Shown here in pieces: positions 58,660-64,000 of a DNA stretch of 64,000 nt. The stretch is taken from assembly GCA_004764695.1 (NCBI GenBank), contig SMSO01000031.1:3014436-3078435 (forward strand). The letters are read 5' to 3'. Below the pieces are notes generated by a model. It ran no database searches. It was not told the origin of the DNA and was given only the letters and a program-made list of their open reading frames with translations. A program made the translations under genes and the position numbers. Positions within the stretch are counted from its first letter, which is position 1; each line of letters begins with the position of its first letter. This DNA comes from Schizochytrium sp. TIO01. Taxonomy: Eukaryota > Protista > Bigyra: Labyrinthulomycetes.

Positions 58660-61600
58660 ATCCGCGAATTTGAAGCGGCCCAAGATTTGGCTCTAACGAA
58701 GACAGAGGTTGATAAAGCATGAAAAGAGAGTCGAAGCTCTTCAAACATGAGGCGACCAGGCTCGATAAATACGCGTACATCTCCAGCTTCGCCTTTGAGT
58801 CAGCCTGAGGCCTTTTCGGAGGAGCTGCACAGGCAGTGTGTGGCCACCTACCTACCTAAACCTATATTTCAACTTCATTGAGGGCTGTTTTTTTCTTTAT
58901 AATTTGTAATAAAAGCATAACATTGAAGAACTTGCGAATAGATGCTCGAGACCTGACTCAGGTGGCATGGACTTCAATATTCGAGGGGTCACCGGCTTCA
59001 GGCCTTATCAGAGACGACACATTTTCATCATTCAAGGTCGCCGTGCCGTGGACGGAGAACTAAATACCGAGGTACCTCCCTCATCGCTGCAGAGGGTTTG
59101 CCGTTTTTGTGCGTTGGGGTTATAAAGCAGCAATAGCTACGCTGCTTCGGAGTTGGCACATTTAAAGATGGCCCGCGGGAAGAGAGCTCATCGTCATCAT
59201 GACGCACCAAAGCTTGCGATTGGTCGAGCTAAAGGCTGTTGTAGATCACCGCCGCAGACGACAACTTAAATCAAAGCCCCTGCGTCTGCAGCAGCCAGGC
59301 TCAAGGTTTGCGCCAGGTCTTGGTCTTGTTCACCATGGTGGCGCCGTTTTTTAGAAAAACTCGAACTCGAACGATCTTAAGATTTTTCATGGAAAGGTGT
59401 GCGAAAGGAGGTGCGGAAAATTGGTCCCGACAGCCTTTACAGGGTAAACTGCAATCTAAGCACCAAACTTTGAGTTGAGCCATGAAGATGATCTTCAAAA
59501 GACAGAGCTCACGCTCGAAACAACTGCGATGTCAACCTTTGTCGTGGTTGGTCGCTGGCAGCGCAGCGCCATCCCGGAGCTCTTTTACTACGAGGAGGCC
59601 ACCGGTACCGGGCCTCATTTGCCAGAACTCTCGGCCACAGATCTGGTTTTAGATACGGTGCTTTGAGACGGATCCACGCTGCTATTCCCTACAGCACGAT
59701 CGATGAGACGAGCAATCGTGATCGTGGAGTCTTCGCTTGAAACCAAGTTCTCTCAGACAGTTGGGTTCAAGATTGCAGGGACGATCTCGATCTCCGTGCT
59801 GCACGAGCTCGCCCAAGAGAAGGCAATTCGCTCTGCGTTATTCGAGTGCACCTGCTCATCGCGGCGATGTCCGTGGCGTCGGCTGCGTTTTAGTTTCATC
59901 ACCTTCGTCATCCACAGGAACCCGGACATCTCAAGAACCGCAACGAACTTGACAGGAAACTAACTCGTTGCAAATCGGCAGCGACGATGCGTGTTTCGCA
60001 ACAATCGACTGCGAACTCTTCACCTCCTTCGGCCATCCTGACGCTCCTTAGAAGCAGCCCAAAGCGACTTCATATGAAAGCTAGCGCCGTCAGAAAGAGA
60101 TAGCTTCTCCGCCAGCATTTATTTCTGAGCAGCGGCACGCGGTGTTTGGCCCCCTTCCTCCTCGTGTTTACGTACGTCAGTGTCCCTGAGCCGAAGCTTT
60201 GTGCGTCATAACATACGATATCCATCATCATTCGTGATTCTGCGAATCTCTGTTTGCATTTGGTCTCATAACGCGGGTTCAAGAATGATCGCTTTTATTC
60301 AGTCTCGTTCACAAATGAATAGTAAATAAATACATAAATAAATAAATACATAAATAAATGCATAAATAAATACATGCCAATTCCTGAATTCCTCCAGTTC
60401 TGCTGTAAACGAACGACCCGAAAGCTTTGGCGAGGCCGGTCTCTTGAAGCGCTTCAAAGACAGACAGGCGGGAGCGGGCCCAGGCCCAGTCTTCTTCGCC
60501 GAGGAAGAAGCGAAACTTGAAGGTGCCCAAGAGCGCTGAGTTCAAGTTGATCCTAACTTGATGGAAATACTTTCAAACAAACAACATGTGCAGTAAGTAA
60601 CAAAGCGGAATCTCACTTTCTTAATTGAAATGAAATGCACACACAGTTCAAAGAATCCCTGCTCCCCTTCCCGCAATCGCGCCTCATTCCTGGCTGCCGG
60701 CCTCAGCTTAGACGCGGCCACGCTTAGCTAAGCCCGCCTTATGAGGAGCTAGTCTCTCGTTTGATGGCAGCGCAACTTAACTTAATTAACGCCCGTGCTT
60801 CAAAACTCGGTTCTCAAGTTCGCCTTTAGTTAGCTTGGAGATAGATAGATAGATTGATTGATTGATAAACTTGGGTTTGTTGACCTCGAAGCGTTGGCGT
60901 CGCATCGGCAGCGGTTTTGAGGGTGGTTGAAGAAAAGGGGACGTTGGCGATGGCCCGATTGAAAGCAACGACCACAATCGCCGCCATTTGCCAAAGGCTT
61001 TTGTTTGGAATCCAAATCCAAGATCATCCATCAGTCATCTTTTTCAGGCGGTGGGTGGGCTGTTGATTAATGAGGAACGTTAACGCGGCGTCGAAAAGGC
61101 GAGGAAATCCGGACCTGGCGAAAAGGCCGCGACGTGTCGGGTCCAATTCTATTGAGCAGCCGAGACCAAGGCGGTTTTTGGGTCGCTGGCGGCTGGATTT
61201 GGACCCGAGTGGCGACTTGGACGAGTGCGACGAGTTGGGCAAAATAGGTTTTAGAGCTGATGCTGTTTTTTAATTCAACTGCTTCGAGTTGAGTTTGCGC
61301 TTTCTCCAATTGTTGTTCTTGTCGCTTTGAAGAGTGAGATCATCGAGAGCCGAAAGCCTCTCTCAAAAGCTGGCTGGCTGGCTTGACTTATATGCGGCTG
61401 CCAAGAGCAGCGAAAGTACCAGGATACGGCTCGTGTGCAGTATCTTAGTGGTGGAATTTGGTCGTGGATGCGGTGTAGTAAATCATGTGTTGGACTGTGC
61501 AGGAATGGATAAATTGTTGAATGAGCAAGCGATACCAGCAATTCGTTAGAGCGGGATCACAGCAGCTGACGCTGTCAGTTCGGGTCTCGCAGGCGAGGTG

Positions 61601-62818
61601 GATGAAGGAAGGATGGCTCAGCTGAGTTTGAGCCTTTCAAAGCGGTCTTGGCCCGATTTGGTCGCTGGGTTGACTGCGAGAGAAAGGACAACTTGGAGGA
61701 AATTGGACTCGATAGCGGCAGATCGGACCATGTTGAAAACGCTCAGGCTGCTGTCGGGCTTGAGACTTGATCGGGCGGGGCTTTGATTAGCTTCGATTGT
61801 TTTAAGAAGTAGCTCACTCGTCTCACTGGAAGGAATGATTGAACAGCCTGAGGCGTGTATAGGGACGGCCATCAAAGTACCTGTCAGAGTTACAGCGATT
61901 GAACGTCGAGTGAGTTTTTAACTTTGAAGAATACATCAGAAGATTGCATGTCAATGGGTGTTTTGGGAGCCGGGAAGTTATTGAACTTCTTATCCCGCAA
62001 GTTTTTGCAGTCATGTAATACAACAAGATCGTTCTTTAGGACTTTACAGATGTTTCGACTATCTCTAACTAACAATTAAAATTCAAGTACTCTTACTCTT
62101 GAGGTTTAAATCAGTGAAACAGATATTGTCGATCTTGTGTAGAGATCACACCGCTAGGCGTTGAAAGATAGCTATGAGCAATGTAACAATGCGCTGATAT
62201 GTTTATGTGCTGCATATTGGCGTTTTTGAGGTGATTGTAACATTCGCAATCATGCGTCATCAGAGAGAGTCGGCATCATCGTTCGTTTCGACTGTCTATG
62301 CATGCCGTCAGGTACAAAACTTATCTTCGCATTGGGCCTACTACACCTACATGTATTTAATTGCGAGTTCTGGGCAGAGTCTGTTCCTTCGAACCACTCC
62401 CCCTTTTGACTACTACAAAAATTCAGTTCTACCGAAGATTATAAAATCGTGAAGATGCCGACGGGTGTTCATCAGAGAGATATACTGTCCTATCTTCCAT
62501 TTATCTGCCTACTTCAATGAAAGTATACTTCACAATATGAGTAAATACAGAGCACGAAGTGAGAGGAAAAAGGAGATCATTTGAACTAAAAAGGTATGAA
62601 ATTATTATGTTTGTATGGTGTACGTCTGTCTGTATGCATGCACATGTATTGCCAACTAGCCAGAGCAAGGTGAGACATTCAATGTGAATCGTTTGTGTAA
62701 CAAAAGCTTCCCCTGTGAGCATTTTCATCTTCTCCATATTTCATCTCCACCTTTTTATAGAAGATGAGAAATGAACTAGAGTGAGAAAGAGCAGCAGAGG
62801 TATGGTACTCTACAAGTC

Positions 62819-64000
62819 TTACAAGAACTTCTTGCCAGCCTTGGCATAATCCACAGCGATGGGAGCCGGGACAAACTGCTCGCCGTACTGATCAGCCATG
62901 CGGTTCATGTCATCGACCCACTTCTGACCAAGGCGATCGAAAATCTTGATGGGGCCACCGCGAGGGATACCAATGCCAGCACCCATGATGGCAGCCATGT
63001 TGGCATCAAGAGGGGATGCGACAACTTCGTCTTGGATACAGTAGAGAGCCTCATTGATGAATGGGTAAGCCACGCGCTTCTGGATCTCCTCCTCAGTGAG
63101 GGTAGGGCCATCACGCTTGAACTTGGCGACGATGCTCTGAGCTTCAGGGTTAATCTCGCGCTTGCCCTTCTTGCCACCAGCGGGGTACTTGTAGAATCCC
63201 TTGCCAGACTTACGTCCAAGCATGCCTGCATCGACGAGAGCCTTCATGAGCTGGGGCTCACCTCCAGACATGCGAACTCCAAGATCAGCAGACATAGTTT
63301 CAGACACATGCATGGCAACATCCATACCGACTTCATCGCAAAGGGTTACAGGTCCCACGGGGTTGCCAAACTTCTTCATGGCCTTATCGACCTCCTCGAA
63401 GCCAGCGCCCTCAGCAAGAAGTGCAGTGGTAGACGCAAGGCTTGTTGCAAGGCAGCGGTTTACGAAGAATCCGGCAACGTCCTTGCAGACCACAACGGTT
63501 TTACCCTGCTTCATTCCAAAGTCAACGGCCTTGGCAATGATCTCCTTGGATGTTCCCTCGTGCGGGATGATCTCCAAGAGCGGCATGCTGGGCACTGGCG
63601 AGAAGTAGTGCATGCCAAGAACGTTCTCGGGGCGCTTGGCACCCTTGGCGATTTCTGCGATAGGGATTGCGGAGGTGTTGGTAGCAATGATGGCGGTCTC
63701 GGGGAGCACGGTCTCAAGCTCTGCGATAACGCGGTGCTTGAGGTTAATCTCCTCTAGAACGGCCTCAATGGCAAGATCCACGGTCTTGAAGTGTACCTTC
63801 CAGTTACTGTCGTTGGTGAGGCCGACAATGCGGGACATGGCTGCGTCGCGCTCGTAGCCGGACATCTTACGCTTCTTGACGCGCTTCTCGAGCTCGCCCT
63901 GAATCTGGCCCAAGCCACGGCTGAGGCCCTTGTCGTTGACATCCTTGAGGACAACATCCATGCCTTTCATGGTGGTGACCTGTGCAATTCCGGCACCCAT
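62819..64000 (-). CDS. HADHA: Mitochondrial trifunctional enzyme alpha subunit, 3-hydroxyacyl-CoA dehydrogenase part; 5' end lies outside the window
   Basis: 'MGAGIAQV', 'AIEAVLE', 'ATNTSAIPI', 'GMHYFSPV..MPLLEII', 'GFFVNR', 'GPVTLCDEVG.DV', 'GRKSGKGFY'. Confidence 0.93.
   Translation of the reverse strand: MGAGIAQVTTMKGMDVVLKDVNDKGLSRGLGQIQGELEKRVKKRKMSGYERDAAMSRIVGLTNDSNWKVHFKTVDLAIEAVLEEINLKHRVIAELETVLPETAIIATNTSAIPIAEIAKGAKRPENVLGMHYFSPVPSMPLLEIIPHEGTSKEIIAKAVDFGMKQGKTVVVCKDVAGFFVNRCLATSLASTTALLAEGAGFEEVDKAMKKFGNPVGPVTLCDEVGMDVAMHVSETMSADLGVRMSGGEPQLMKALVDAGMLGRKSGKGFYKYPAGGKKGKREINPEAQSIVAKFKRDGPTLTEEEIQKRVAYPFINEALYCIQDEVVASPLDANMAAIMGAGIGIPRGGPIKIFDRLGQKWVDDMNRMADQYGEQFVPAPIAVDYAKAGKKFL

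Noticed and set aside
60177-60231. Minus-strand ATGATGA...CTGA resembling a C/D snoRNA
   Set aside because: Only about 55 nt, weak terminal stem, no recognisable rRNA-complementary guide
1-64000. CRISPR arrays, rRNA, tRNA, snRNA, telomeric arrays, intact transposase or RT genes
   Set aside because: None recognised by eye; tRNAscan-SE and Infernal would be needed to exclude small RNAs

Overview
This is eukaryotic nuclear DNA from an intron-poor, flagellated protist. Moderate GC, few GT-AG introns, microsatellite-rich spacers and the gene content fit a stramenopile such as a thraustochytrid/labyrinthulomycete (inference only). About 18 protein-coding genes are supported. They are a CNBD-family K+ channel, axonemal dynein light chain p28 (DNALI1), a CAP-Gly/IQ/PPEF phosphatase with 8 EF-hands, an MGCxxS-acylated protein, a Dpy-30-like protein, a CID/RS-rich protein, a small Cys-rich protein, mitochondrial Twinkle, PDH E1-beta, a frame-split Tudor/LRR/PWWP/bromo-like protein, RPL27, an enkurin-domain protein, a nucleolin/NSR1-like protein, ACSS3/PrpE, the 3' part of HADHA, and a few hypotheticals. 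No rRNA, tRNA, CRISPR array or intact mobile element was recognised. The most notable items are the CAP-Gly-PPEF fusion within a run of probable ciliary/Ca2+ signalling genes, the frame-split multi-reader chromatin gene, and long spacers that look like mosaics of decayed coding fragments and microsatellites. All domain calls are by eye; no searches were run.
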